From positions 18,593-82,592 of IMG/VR virus record IMGVR_UViG_3300031760_000029: a DNA stretch of 64,000 bases; one strand, written 5' to 3'. The position numbers and the translations under genes were made by a program. The stretch comes from a virus. Lineage: Duplodnaviria > Caudoviricetes. Every line of letters begins with the position of its first letter. Position 1 is the first letter of the stretch. The notes under the pieces are model-generated. The model searched no databases, was not told the DNA's origin, and saw only the letters and a list, made by a program, of their open reading frames with translations. Shown here piece after piece: positions 1-8,435 of the stretch.

Positions 1-345
1 ATAATATTTGATTCTTAAACGTTGCTTTGATAACTTAACACATTTATCTTTATTTTTCTCAACATTATCTTTAATCTTATCTAAATATTCATTGGCATTA
101 AATGACTTCAATTTTCTCAGAGTTGTTTTATAATCTTTTGTTCCATAATCAAAAAGTAAGCAGATTACATCCCGCGTACTTTCTTCATTCCAGATCCTTA
201 TTAAATTATTTTCTAATAAATAATCTAGGAACAAACTATTGACAAGCATTGCATCAGTCATGTCAAGTTTGTTCCTAAATCCGTAAGTGTATTCGTATAT
301 AGAGGCTGCCTCTATATTCTTAATCTTTATGCCATATTTAGACAT
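1..345 (-). CDS. YonO-like phage RNA polymerase, N-terminal part (runs off the window edge)
   Basis: Not in the ORF track. GGAGGTGA RBS then ATG at 345; open to position 1. Begins MSKYGIKIKNIEAASIYEY...AMLVNSLFLDYLLENNLIRIWNEESTRDVICLLFDYG, an N-terminus I recognise from SPbeta-like YonO homologues. The catalytic motif is not in the window. Confidence 0.6.
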   Translation of the reverse strand, partial: MSKYGIKIKNIEAASIYEYTYGFRNKLDMTDAMLVNSLFLDYLLENNLIRIWNEESTRDVICLLFDYGTKDYKTTLRKLKSFNANEYLDKIKDNVEKNKDKCVKLSKQRLRIKYY

Positions 346-360
346 TCATTAATCACCTCC

Positions 361-1344
361 TCACGCCACCTGCACGTCATCCAGCATACTCCACAGAATA
401 CGCTCCATGGTTCCATTCAAACTTGTCTCACGCTTTATCTCCATCCAGCAAATAGTATCAAACATACTTGGTACTCGCGGCGTCTTAATTGTCGCGTGGT
501 ATTCACGCTGGTATAGATTGATGTCAATGCCATATAATGACTTCATCATCTTATAAGCGTCGCTCAGCACCATATTCTTTTCACGCCCAGTCTCGTCGCA
601 GACAACCTTAAGTAGTTCATTGATATTTTGCTTCCAACTTACGCCATCAAGATTCTTTTCGGATGGGGTAGTAGTTGCATACTCGTGCAGCAACTCCTTC
701 TGTTCTTTAGTGAGCTCTGTCTTTAGCACTGGCTGCGCGGACTTCTCAACTAGGTCAACAATTAGCTTGTGCTGCTTATTCATAATATCTGAGAAAACTG
801 CTCGGTCTTCACTAATGACTTTAATAGAGTCCGCCAGCAGAGACTTTAATTCATTTACAGTATCTACTAACATTTGAACATCTGTGCTTACTGTCTCTAT
901 GGAATTATCTTCTGTTTTATCAAGAAGAGTAGTGCGAACAGCTTTTGCAATTTCAGACTGCTGTAATAACATACCAATTCTCAATACGGCGCGTTTAGGA
1001 TAAATACGCATTCCGAGATTAGGAATTGTAATTGAAGATCCATCATTGAAATCAAACGTCACAGCGCCTCTTTTTTTAGAAATGTTTTGAACCAACTTTT
1101 GTTGGGTCAAGAAATCGGAAGGATGAATCTTGCGCATCCCGTCGCTCAGAAACTCGTCCATGTTTGCCTTTGTGATTTTACGAATAGCTTCGTCCGTTAC
1201 CTCGTAATAATTCGCTACCATCTGAGTGGTCACAAAGTCAGTGCTGGAAATAGTCATAAGTTTTTTAACCTTCTCAAGTACATATACCTTGTCCATATTA
1301 GCATCACGCAGTTCACGATTTGTTAATAATACTTCGTTTTCCAT
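361..1344 (-). CDS. phage antirepressor-like / DNA-binding protein
   Basis: AAGGAG RBS supports the MENEVLL start at 1344. VTTQMVANYYEV and RAVLRIGMLLQQSEIAKAVRTTLLD motifs are typical of phage antirepressor-like proteins. Confidence 0.6.
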   Translation of the reverse strand: MENEVLLTNRELRDANMDKVYVLEKVKKLMTISSTDFVTTQMVANYYEVTDEAIRKITKANMDEFLSDGMRKIHPSDFLTQQKLVQNISKKRGAVTFDFNDGSSITIPNLGMRIYPKRAVLRIGMLLQQSEIAKAVRTTLLDKTEDNSIETVSTDVQMLVDTVNELKSLLADSIKVISEDRAVFSDIMNKQHKLIVDLVEKSAQPVLKTELTKEQKELLHEYATTTPSEKNLDGVSWKQNINELLKVVCDETGREKNMVLSDAYKMMKSLYGIDINLYQREYHATIKTPRVPSMFDTICWMEIKRETSLNGTMERILWSMLDDVQVA

Positions 1345-1375
1345 ATTTGCATCTCCTTTTTGCATAAATGAACAG

Positions 1376-1759
1376 TTACTCTTGTACCATCCAATGACCA
1401 GGTTCTACCTCAATTAGAAGTGCGTAACAACACAATCTAAGATCTCCATCTAAATCAGCAAACATATGCATGTCGTTACTGTGTGTAATCTGAACTACCT
1501 CCTCGTCCGCTTCCTCGTCATACATTTTTACAGCCGCATAGAATTCATTGTTTAATCCAACAGCGAAGATGGCTGACTCGTGGCATTCGTGTTGATATAG
1601 AAGATATGCCATACTATGAAATAGATCAGTATCTTCTTCGAATACAAATGGTACCTTTTCGCCGCAGTCATCAATGGGACACTTTAGAAAGTTACGCTTG
1701 CGATTTAGACCGTACAATATAAAGTTGTTAATGTAAATTTCATTCTTTGGTTTTGTCAT
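1376..1759 (-). CDS. hypothetical protein
   Basis: 127-aa ORF with GGAGG RBS, co-directional with its neighbours. Confidence 0.7.
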   Translation of the reverse strand: MTKPKNEIYINNFILYGLNRKRNFLKCPIDDCGEKVPFVFEEDTDLFHSMAYLLYQHECHESAIFAVGLNNEFYAAVKMYDEEADEEVVQITHSNDMHMFADLDGDLRLCCYALLIEVEPGHWMVQE

Positions 1760-1767
1760 AGCCCCTC

Positions 1768-2394
1768 CTAATTTAATACAGCGCTTTCTGCCTTGTACTT
1801 TTCAATAAGATCCTCAACATCATCAATTATTCCATCTGAGCAACTGCACGAACAATTGCGCAAGCATTGTATCTCAGCTATTAGCTTATCAAGAATCTCC
1901 GCCATATCAGCCTTTAATCGGACTTCGTAGTCGGTTTTAGAAATTGCAGTACCGTTAGATACACAACTTTCTGATTTGCAAATAGAACATAAACTATCAA
2001 GTGTTTCTCTTTTACCCGTTATAATCCCAAGAATAATATTTCTCTCGTTAAGGCAAGAACCCATGTAAGCCATCTTATCAGCAACATCTTCTGCTATCTT
2101 TTTACGTTCAGCCTTTAATCTTGCTTCGTATGTTGGTTGCACTACATAATTTCCGCAGTTATCAGGCTCTATGTGCGGTGGCATATAAAAAGCACATTTC
2201 GTCCTAACAATGCCTGATTGAAATTCACATCCGTGATTTGAACAGGAATCGCATAAATTATCCGATGTATTATCCTGCTCTATACCATATTCTTTTGCTA
2301 TATCTTCTGGTATTTTTAAGTCCTTATTACCTGTAATGCCTTTCGTAAATTCCGTGAATCCTATTATGGCTTGCTTTGTATCGTCTTTATTCAT
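1768..2394 (-). CDS. hypothetical mosaic Cys-rich protein
   Basis: 208 aa; internal repeated Cys motifs; C-terminal LDKLIAEI...KYKAES module shared with ORFs at 37-40 kb. Confidence 0.7.
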   Translation of the reverse strand: MNKDDTKQAIIGFTEFTKGITGNKDLKIPEDIAKEYGIEQDNTSDNLCDSCSNHGCEFQSGIVRTKCAFYMPPHIEPDNCGNYVVQPTYEARLKAERKKIAEDVADKMAYMGSCLNERNIILGIITGKRETLDSLCSICKSESCVSNGTAISKTDYEVRLKADMAEILDKLIAEIQCLRNCSCSCSDGIIDDVEDLIEKYKAESAVLN

Positions 2395-2397
2395 TTT

Positions 2398-2652
2398 TTA
2401 TCCTTTCATGTTTGCCTTACTTCTCAAATATTCAATAGCCTTTTCATAAGCATTTACACATTCATTTAATGGGCATCCTAAAATACTGTGCAATAAATAC
2501 GGTATTATGGAATCTATACAATATTCTGATAATAGCGTACCTTTTCTAATAACAGTTTCTATTGCTTTTCGATCCTGTTCATCTATCTCCGATCCATTAT
2601 CAAATAGCCGTGTATAAAGATTCTTGTCTATATCAATCAATATCTTCATCAT
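2398..2652 (-). CDS. hypothetical protein
   Basis: 84-aa ORF with RBS. Confidence 0.65.
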   Translation of the reverse strand: MMKILIDIDKNLYTRLFDNGSEIDEQDRKAIETVIRKGTLLSEYCIDSIIPYLLHSILGCPLNECVNAYEKAIEYLRSKANMKG

Positions 2653-2704
2653 TATTCTCCTTGCCTTCTGCCTTGTATGACATTATAGGATTGATACTTA
2701 CATC

Positions 2705-3013
2705 TTATTCCTCGCTTTCTTTAATATACGGCTCTGGTTCATTAGTGTAATAATACATATATGCAACAGCGTTTTTTGCTACAGCATTATTACTCCATTC
2801 CGTCATGTCGTAATAAATATCATCAACCAAAAATATGTTGTCCACATATTTATATGTCACCCATATTCTTCTGTCTTTCGGAAATTCCTTTAATGGATCA
2901 GAAACAGGAATCCACTTCTGTTCCAACGCCTCCCGTATCTGCTTGCAAGTCTTTTCATTCCACGTTTCCTCACAAGCCCGCATTGCAAGTCTATATGCTT
3001 CTTCTCTTGTCAT
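2705..3013 (-). CDS. hypothetical protein (MTREEA...ESEE family)
   Basis: 102 aa; RBS; overlaps the upstream ORF. Confidence 0.7.
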   Translation of the reverse strand: MTREEAYRLAMRACEETWNEKTCKQIREALEQKWIPVSDPLKEFPKDRRIWVTYKYVDNIFLVDDIYYDMTEWSNNAVAKNAVAYMYYYTNEPEPYIKESEE

Positions 3014-3237
3014 GCTCCACCTCCATAGGAATCAAGATAATACATCACAGCGTCTTTATACTCATTGTTTCCCGTGAGATATCTAAGCATATTAACAAAT
3101 GCATCCGCATCCTCATCTGATCGCAGCTGGCCAATTACATAGTCGCAATTGTTGTGCTGGATCATGATCACTGGTTTCTTGCGCTCTGGTATGTGGCCAA
3201 CTATGAGACCGAGATTATTTCTTTTGTAGCCAGTCAT
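3010..3237 (-). CDS. hypothetical protein
   Basis: 75 aa; AAGGAGG RBS directly downstream of the 3279-3306 promoter. Confidence 0.7.
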   Translation of the reverse strand: MTGYKRNNLGLIVGHIPERKKPVIMIQHNNCDYVIGQLRSDEDADAFVNMLRYLTGNNEYKDAVMYYLDSYGGGA

Positions 3238-3273
3238 ATTGCCTCCTTAAAAATCATACACTCGCGTTACACG

Positions 3274-3306
3274 ATTAATTTTAGGACGCGTCACGCGCAA
3301 AGTCAA
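3274..3306 (-). promoter_or_regulatory. sigmaA promoter with CTAAAATTAA box and CGCG-rich spacer
   Basis: Minus strand TTGACT-17 bp (ttgcgcgtgacgcgtcc)-TAAAAT. The -10 box contains the stop codon of the upstream ORF. Confidence 0.7.
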
Positions 3307-4087
3307 CCGAAAAAATGGACAAATCATAAAAATTCTCCCCAGTCTCATCATTTTTGCGCTGACAGTAGTCGCGGATCTCTTCCATAATAACAGGATCGTA
3401 TGTATGGCCTGCCTTCACACGGTTATACATCTGGGTCATGCGACGCTTGATATTGGAAGCTTTGGTTACGCGGCCATCATTTCCACGGGCTTGTCCCTGC
3501 ATGATAATAGCCTCTTTATCTTCAAAGCGCCCGTATGTGTTTGTCGCGCCAACCCCCCTATATACATATATCAATGACATTTTCTCCAGGATAGAAAGGT
3601 AGCGCGTAATAATTGTTGCGTCATTGTCGAGAATACCAGCCAGTGATTCGATACTCCAGTATGCGCACTTCTTCTCAATATTTATTGTACTCAAAAAAAT
3701 GAGATAGTAGCGTATTACTGCGTTTGGACAACTGGTTTCACGCATTATGCGACGAATATCATCAGCACCAACTTGAACAAAGTATTGATAATTTGAAGAA
3801 TTAAACGAATCGCGCAAGATTATATAATGCTTACGATCGACTCGTTCACCCTTTAAATATCCAGCTTCTAATAGGTTGCGTATAGAATCCGCAATATTTG
3901 CCACCATATTTTGAGTATAAACATAATCCTCTTTCATCTGATATGCAATCTGAGACGCATCTATCATAGATTTGGATTTATATACACTATACGTTTCCAT
4001 AAGAATATAACACCAGACCGTAACATCCATATGTGTACACCCCTGATCTCTTATTAATTCCTGTGGAACAAAAATGGGATTGCGCAT
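3281..4087 (-). CDS. winged-HTH protein, possible replication initiator or regulator
   Basis: GGAGG RBS supports the MRNPIF start at 4087. Two HTH-like segments (SQIAYQM...IRNLLEAGYL; SIESLAGIL...RYLSILEKMSLI). Lies next to the origin-like region. Confidence 0.5.
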   Translation of the reverse strand: MRNPIFVPQELIRDQGCTHMDVTVWCYILMETYSVYKSKSMIDASQIAYQMKEDYVYTQNMVANIADSIRNLLEAGYLKGERVDRKHYIILRDSFNSSNYQYFVQVGADDIRRIMRETSCPNAVIRYYLIFLSTINIEKKCAYWSIESLAGILDNDATIITRYLSILEKMSLIYVYRGVGATNTYGRFEDKEAIIMQGQARGNDGRVTKASNIKRRMTQMYNRVKAGHTYDPVIMEEIRDYCQRKNDETGENFYDLSIFSVDFARDAS

Positions 4088-4095
4088 TATACCTC

Positions 4096-4152
4096 CTGAC
4101 CTATTGGTCACCAATAGGTCAGACTGGGGAGTGTGTCCTATTGGTAACCAAT
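4096..4152. promoter_or_regulatory. paired palindromic operators or iterons CCTATTGG-TNA-CCAAT
   Basis: Perfect 12-bp inverted repeat ctgacctattgg-tca-ccaataggtcag (4096-4122) and a second copy cctattgg-taa-ccaat (4137-4152), immediately upstream of the wHTH start. Confidence 0.6.
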
Positions 4153-4169
4153 CGAAAAATACATTTCAA

Positions 4170-4231
4170 ACTAAATAACATACATATAACTAAATAACAT
4201 ACATTTGAGTAATTTACTTCGTAAATTACTC
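4170..4231. repeat. 16-bp direct repeat pair plus 11-bp inverted repeat
   Basis: ACTAAATAACATACAT at 4170-4185 and 4189-4204; gagtaatttac-ttc-gtaaattactc at 4207-4231. Confidence 0.8.
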
Positions 4232-4427
4232 TCGTGGAGTTGGGTTCGGTGAAATTATATCCCCCGTGAAATCGAAAGTCAACCATTTAAATTTGGAATT
4301 TGTTGGTGAGTGGAATATGTGAATGGGTGTCTGAGACATCTCAGAATCTCTTGTACGGGGTTTTAGATTATCGGGTGGGAAAATATTAATTATGGATGCG
4401 GAATTGAATGTGGGGCATTCTGAGAGG

Positions 4428-4486
4428 AAATAAATATATATATTATTTAATTATAATGTGAAAAATGTGGATAAGTATGTGGATAA
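4428..4486. other. candidate replication origin core: AT-rich tract plus two DnaA boxes
   Basis: TGTGGATAA (reverse complement of the consensus TTATCCACA) at 4466-4474 and 4478-4486, directly after a nearly pure A/T tract at about 4428-4465, at the point where gene orientation switches. Confidence 0.5.
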
Positions 4487-4878
4487 GTTATTAATTTTGG
4501 TGCGGATTGCGCGATGTGGGTGTCGATGGGGATCTGGGAATGCGATTGGCTGGAGAGCGCGGTGGGAGTGGGGATGGGGGAGGAGGAGATGTGGGAGGGA
4601 GAGTGTACTGGATTACGTATATTGGTGTATGAAAAAGCGATCTTGATATACGATATGCCGTAATATAAATGTGCGGTATGCCGAATATAATTCGTGGTGT
4701 GTGAATGAAACAGCTAGCTGCAGAACGCGCGGTTTGGCGGGTTTTTTCGCTATAAATACCCCCGCAACATTAAATAGTTATTTATTCACATAATAGATTT
4801 TACGATACAATGTCACCAGTAGCACATAACACCACTTGCGGCGCGACCGACCCCCGTATCGGCGAGGAAGGATACAAC

Positions 4879-6027
4879 ATGAATGCAACCATCACATCTT
4901 ACGGAATGAAAAAAGTCCATGGCGAGTACACGCCCGCCAACTACAACCATGACACAAACGCCACGATAGGCGTCCACATGGAAACATCTATACTTATGAT
5001 GGATGGTGAAACTGTACTGGAATGGGTCGCGCGGGCGTCCATCCACCATGCAATCGCGACATCTATCATCCGCACCATGGCGCGCGGGCGCGACCGTAAC
5101 GCCGCAACCTGTCAAAATATTATCAATCATGGCGGGCGGTACGATGCTATTCGCGGGCGGTTTACATGGAATGATGCGATTTACGAAGATGTCGCGACAT
5201 CCGTATTCATGGCAATCATGGACTTATACGGGCGCGGACTGGTATCCTACAATGACGGTCGCTTGGAATTCGGTACATATGAGAATAGCAAGGGCGAGAC
5301 AAAACCTGCCTACAATCTAATCTATAAAGCGGTGCGGGATTGCTTTTCAGAATTCGCTACCGATTATGATACAAGCGGGAAACTGGTTGCCTATGATGCT
5401 ATGGTCATGGATGAAGACCACACCGACCACACCGAAACACGCGCGGCGAATTCATACATGACCGATGTTGCGCGGGCGTATGATGGCAATATGGACAATG
5501 TATTAAACCGCCAGGACGTTTCCGAATTCCTGGAGTATATGCGCGCCAACATGGAACACGCCACATTCGATGCTTGTTACACCGTATTTTGTGGATTGAT
5601 ATGTGGTGATAAACAATCTGAAATAGCGCTTGCAATGGGAGTCTCACAACCTATGGTTGCAAAACGTATTCACAAAATCCGCACCATGTACGCAGAATGG
5701 ACGGGCGCGGTCACCATTTTGCGCCATGCGAATAGTTTTGAGAGGGGGCGCGCTAATGGTGCCAATTATAGCGACCGCGTGCGCGGCTCTCACATGGTAC
5801 CGACCGCCCGCAATGACGCGCCGCACGGAGACATGACAACATCATTCTACAACTTCAGAACGCTATTCCAAAACCGCATGGTCAGAATGGACGGGCAGGA
5901 CGTGCCGCACATCACGCCGCATCATAGCACACTTGCAAGCGCGCCCGAATTGACAACCTACGAAAAAGCACTGAAAAGCGGTTTTGACCAGTACAAGCGC
6001 ACTGGAAAGTGCGAATATATCGGATAA
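4879..6027 (+). CDS. sigma-factor-like protein with sigma70 region-4-type HTH
   Basis: GAGGAAGG RBS supports the MNATIT start. GDKQSEIALAMGVSQPMVAKRIHKIR is an HTH of sigma region-4/LuxR type. Confidence 0.5.
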   Translation: MNATITSYGMKKVHGEYTPANYNHDTNATIGVHMETSILMMDGETVLEWVARASIHHAIATSIIRTMARGRDRNAATCQNIINHGGRYDAIRGRFTWNDAIYEDVATSVFMAIMDLYGRGLVSYNDGRLEFGTYENSKGETKPAYNLIYKAVRDCFSEFATDYDTSGKLVAYDAMVMDEDHTDHTETRAANSYMTDVARAYDGNMDNVLNRQDVSEFLEYMRANMEHATFDACYTVFCGLICGDKQSEIALAMGVSQPMVAKRIHKIRTMYAEWTGAVTILRHANSFERGRANGANYSDRVRGSHMVPTARNDAPHGDMTTSFYNFRTLFQNRMVRMDGQDVPHITPHHSTLASAPELTTYEKALKSGFDQYKRTGKCEYIG

Positions 6028-6044
6028 AAATCAATTAAACGCAT

Positions 6045-6080
6045 GGCGGGCGCGGTTTTCGCGCCCGTCTATTTTTTTTT
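6045..6080 (+). terminator. intrinsic terminator
   Basis: ggcgggcgcg-gtttt-cgcgcccgtc hairpin followed by a long T run. Confidence 0.8.
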
Positions 6081-6211
6081 CATTTTTTGGTTATAAAATC
6101 GGCCGGTCGGCGCGTTTATGTATGTAAGATGGTTTTCATGGTCGATTTTGAAAAATGTTTCATTTTTCGGTTATAAAATCGATTCTGAAAAGCGTTTATA
6201 CATGAGAGATG
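6078..6211 (+). repeat. two imperfect copies of a 54-bp element, offset 80 bp (probable promoters or operators)
   Basis: GGTTATAAAATCG-N10-GCGTTTAT-NN-ATG..AGATG at 6089 and 6169. Confidence 0.65.
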
Positions 6212-6229
6212 AAAAATCATTTTTCATCA

Positions 6230-6492
6230 TTCAATACAGGGTCAAAACACGTAAGCACTGTGCAGGCTCTAGGTAGATATCCTAGTAAGCATTGGTTCTG
6301 TGAGTGATTGAAAGATGGTCTATCGTCTTTCACGCGTGGCATACAGGACGCGGGAAGAGTTCCTGATGCAGAGGTCTACGCCATACTAAGTGCGCGCACG
6401 CGCATGCTACGACGTGGACGCGAGATTGGAGCGTTATCCAGTTACGATACGTCAATTAGCGCCCACCCTGGGGCTTCCTGGGGTGGGCTTTT
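6230..6492 (+). ncRNA. candidate structured non-coding RNA ending in an intrinsic terminator
   Basis: GC-rich interval with no convincing ORF and nested helices (ctagg/cctag, gaaagatg/cgtctttc, gcgtgg/ctacgc enclosing cagga/tcctg, gacgt/acgtc). Ends in a 12-bp hairpin (6461-6488) followed by TTTT. Confidence 0.45.
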
Positions 6493-6675
6493 CATTACCA
6501 GACCCATTGCGGGCCGATTTGGGGGTGATGACGGGTGAGGCTGATATTCTACTGGGCGAAGAGCAGGTGGGGTAGCAACCACCGACACGTGCCGCGTACC
6601 CGTGGTTACCCTGAAATCGGCTCACAATGGTGTGAGCCACGATTCAGCGCGACATGGCGCAGGAAGGACAAAATC

Positions 6676-7482
6676 ATGGCTAACAGTAATCTGGCAACTA
6701 TCAAATCTGCAATCGTCAAGGCTCGCGAGGAGCACAACAGGCACGCCCTGAACAAGAAGGACTTCGAGGATCAGGGGCTGACAGAGCAGGCTTTCGAGCA
6801 GTGGTGCGAGTACATCAAGGAGCTTCGCATTGTGGCGGTTGAGTATGTCAATCTCACCGAGCAGATTGACGCTACCGACCGTCAGATCGAGACTGCACGG
6901 CGTAAGGTCTGGGCTGCGTGGCAGGACGTACTCAAGCATGGCACTGACAAGGATTTCGACCCGCACTTCTTCATCCGCAAAGAGGACGCGACCAAGATTG
7001 GTCACTGGGCTTCTTTCACGACGATCGATACTGCGGTGGGTCGGATGGCGACGAATAATTCGCTGACCGAGTTCCGCAAGAGGGTTGAGATTCTGATTGG
7101 CATCCGCATGGCTGGTAATGAAATGCTCGACGACGACAAGCGCGACCTGATCGCTGCTTACGAGGGTGCGGTACGGAGTATCACGAACTGCAACAATCTG
7201 CTCGACGGTTACAAGCGCGGCGATCAGCAGGTGGTCGGACTCCGGAAGCGGCTGGATGGCGCTAAGGCAGTCGAGCGCAAGCGGCTGGAGCAGGTAAAGA
7301 AGTACGGGATGACCGAGGAAGAGGCTGAGGATTTCCTCGCGGATGTAAGGGAAACCATCAAGGACCTCGACAAGCAGGTCAAGGATACTGAGAAGACCCT
7401 CAAGGAAGCAATCAAGACCCGCGACGAGAAGCAGAACGACTACAACAACGTCAAGGCAAAGCTCAGGGTCATCGGTATGTAA
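6676..7482 (+). CDS. hypothetical coiled-coil protein
   Basis: AGGAAGGA RBS supports the MANSNL start; strongly biased codon usage; helical, charged C-terminus. Confidence 0.8.
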   Translation: MANSNLATIKSAIVKAREEHNRHALNKKDFEDQGLTEQAFEQWCEYIKELRIVAVEYVNLTEQIDATDRQIETARRKVWAAWQDVLKHGTDKDFDPHFFIRKEDATKIGHWASFTTIDTAVGRMATNNSLTEFRKRVEILIGIRMAGNEMLDDDKRDLIAAYEGAVRSITNCNNLLDGYKRGDQQVVGLRKRLDGAKAVERKRLEQVKKYGMTEEEAEDFLADVRETIKDLDKQVKDTEKTLKEAIKTRDEKQNDYNNVKAKLRVIGM

Positions 7483-7646
7483 GGCAAAGCGCCAAGCGGG
7501 GCGCTATATAAGTGCCTACGGTGTCAAAACTGTAGGCACTATTCGCCGCACAACTACGACGCAAGGCATACGGGGTGGTTCCCGCTTCGCGTTGGATAGC
7601 GGTATGTAATGTATATACACAAGGGAAACAGAAACGAGGTGATGAC

Positions 7647-7784
7647 GTGGTAGTAATACGAATGTTAACGCCTTGGCGATATAACGTGTACAAGGCAAAC
7701 AAACTCATCAACGCGTTCACTACGCTTACACAAGCGAGACAGTGGACGTCACAAAACCACTACGACTACATCGTGAAGTGGTAG
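7647..7784 (+). CDS. small hypothetical protein
   Basis: GAGGTGA RBS with GTG start. Confidence 0.5.
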   Translation: MVVIRMLTPWRYNVYKANKLINAFTTLTQARQWTSQNHYDYIVKW

Positions 7785-7796
7785 AAAGGAAGAGAA

Positions 7797-7973
7797 ATGG
7801 CACTGATCGACCGCAAGCGCAACGGAAACGGAGACGAGGTTTCACTCTACGGAGACGCAGACGGAAACTACCTCGTAACCAGTAAAGGCAAAGGGGATCC
7901 TTATGCGTTCCCGCTTTGCGAAGCAAACTGCTACAATGACGCAAGGGATTTCTTCAAGCTCCTGCTCGCTTAA
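7797..7973 (+). CDS. small hypothetical protein
   Basis: AAGGAAG RBS; MALIDRKRNGNG...FFKLLLA; 58 aa, not in the ORF track. Confidence 0.6.
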   Translation: MALIDRKRNGNGDEVSLYGDADGNYLVTSKGKGDPYAFPLCEANCYNDARDFFKLLLA

Positions 7974-8031
7974 GACAGGGAAACGCCGTTGGCTGTCAAA
8001 GGCAAACGGCGTACTCGGACGCAAGTCCAAA

Positions 8032-8060
8032 TTGACACTATTAACCCAACCTGCTACAAT
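8032..8060 (+). promoter_or_regulatory. sigmaA promoter
   Basis: TTGACA-17 bp-TACAAT. Confidence 0.75.
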
Positions 8061-8087
8061 TCCGTAAGGGAAAGGAGGCGCTACGGA

Positions 8088-8435
8088 ATGAACGACCGAC
8101 CATTAGGTGACATCATTTACGATCCAACTCCAACGCTGCTCGATCCGCCTTACCGCAAGAGTGACATTGCGGCAAACGAATGGAAAGAGGTGCGTGGTCT
8201 GTTGGAAAAGCTCAGAGACGAAGGCAAATTGACCTTCACGGCTGACGATGAGGAAACGCCGTATGAGCTACACACATTTCAGGTGCATTGGATATTCAAC
8301 GACACTGGTGATTGCGAGTTAGAAGCGAAACGAGTAGCGGAAATATTATCTCGAGTCACCACTCTAATCACGGACGAAAAGGATTCATCTTGGTGGCAAC
8401 TATCACGCAAGATATATATACCGTCTGATGATTGA
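8088..8435 (+). CDS. hypothetical protein
   Basis: GGAGG RBS supports the MNDRPL start. Confidence 0.7.
   Translation: MNDRPLGDIIYDPTPTLLDPPYRKSDIAANEWKEVRGLLEKLRDEGKLTFTADDEETPYELHTFQVHWIFNDTGDCELEAKRVAEILSRVTTLITDEKDSSWWQLSRKIYIPSDD

Noticed and set aside
4458-4646. 62-aa ORF MKNVDKYVDK...WEWGWG
   Set aside because: It is a by-product of the DnaA boxes and the G-rich tract and has no RBS.
7999-8028. c-di-GMP-I riboswitch-like words GGCAAAC...GGACGCAAG
   Set aside because: The intervening GAAA-capped helix and the downstream P2/P3 are missing, and the element lies upstream of a promoter rather than in a leader.
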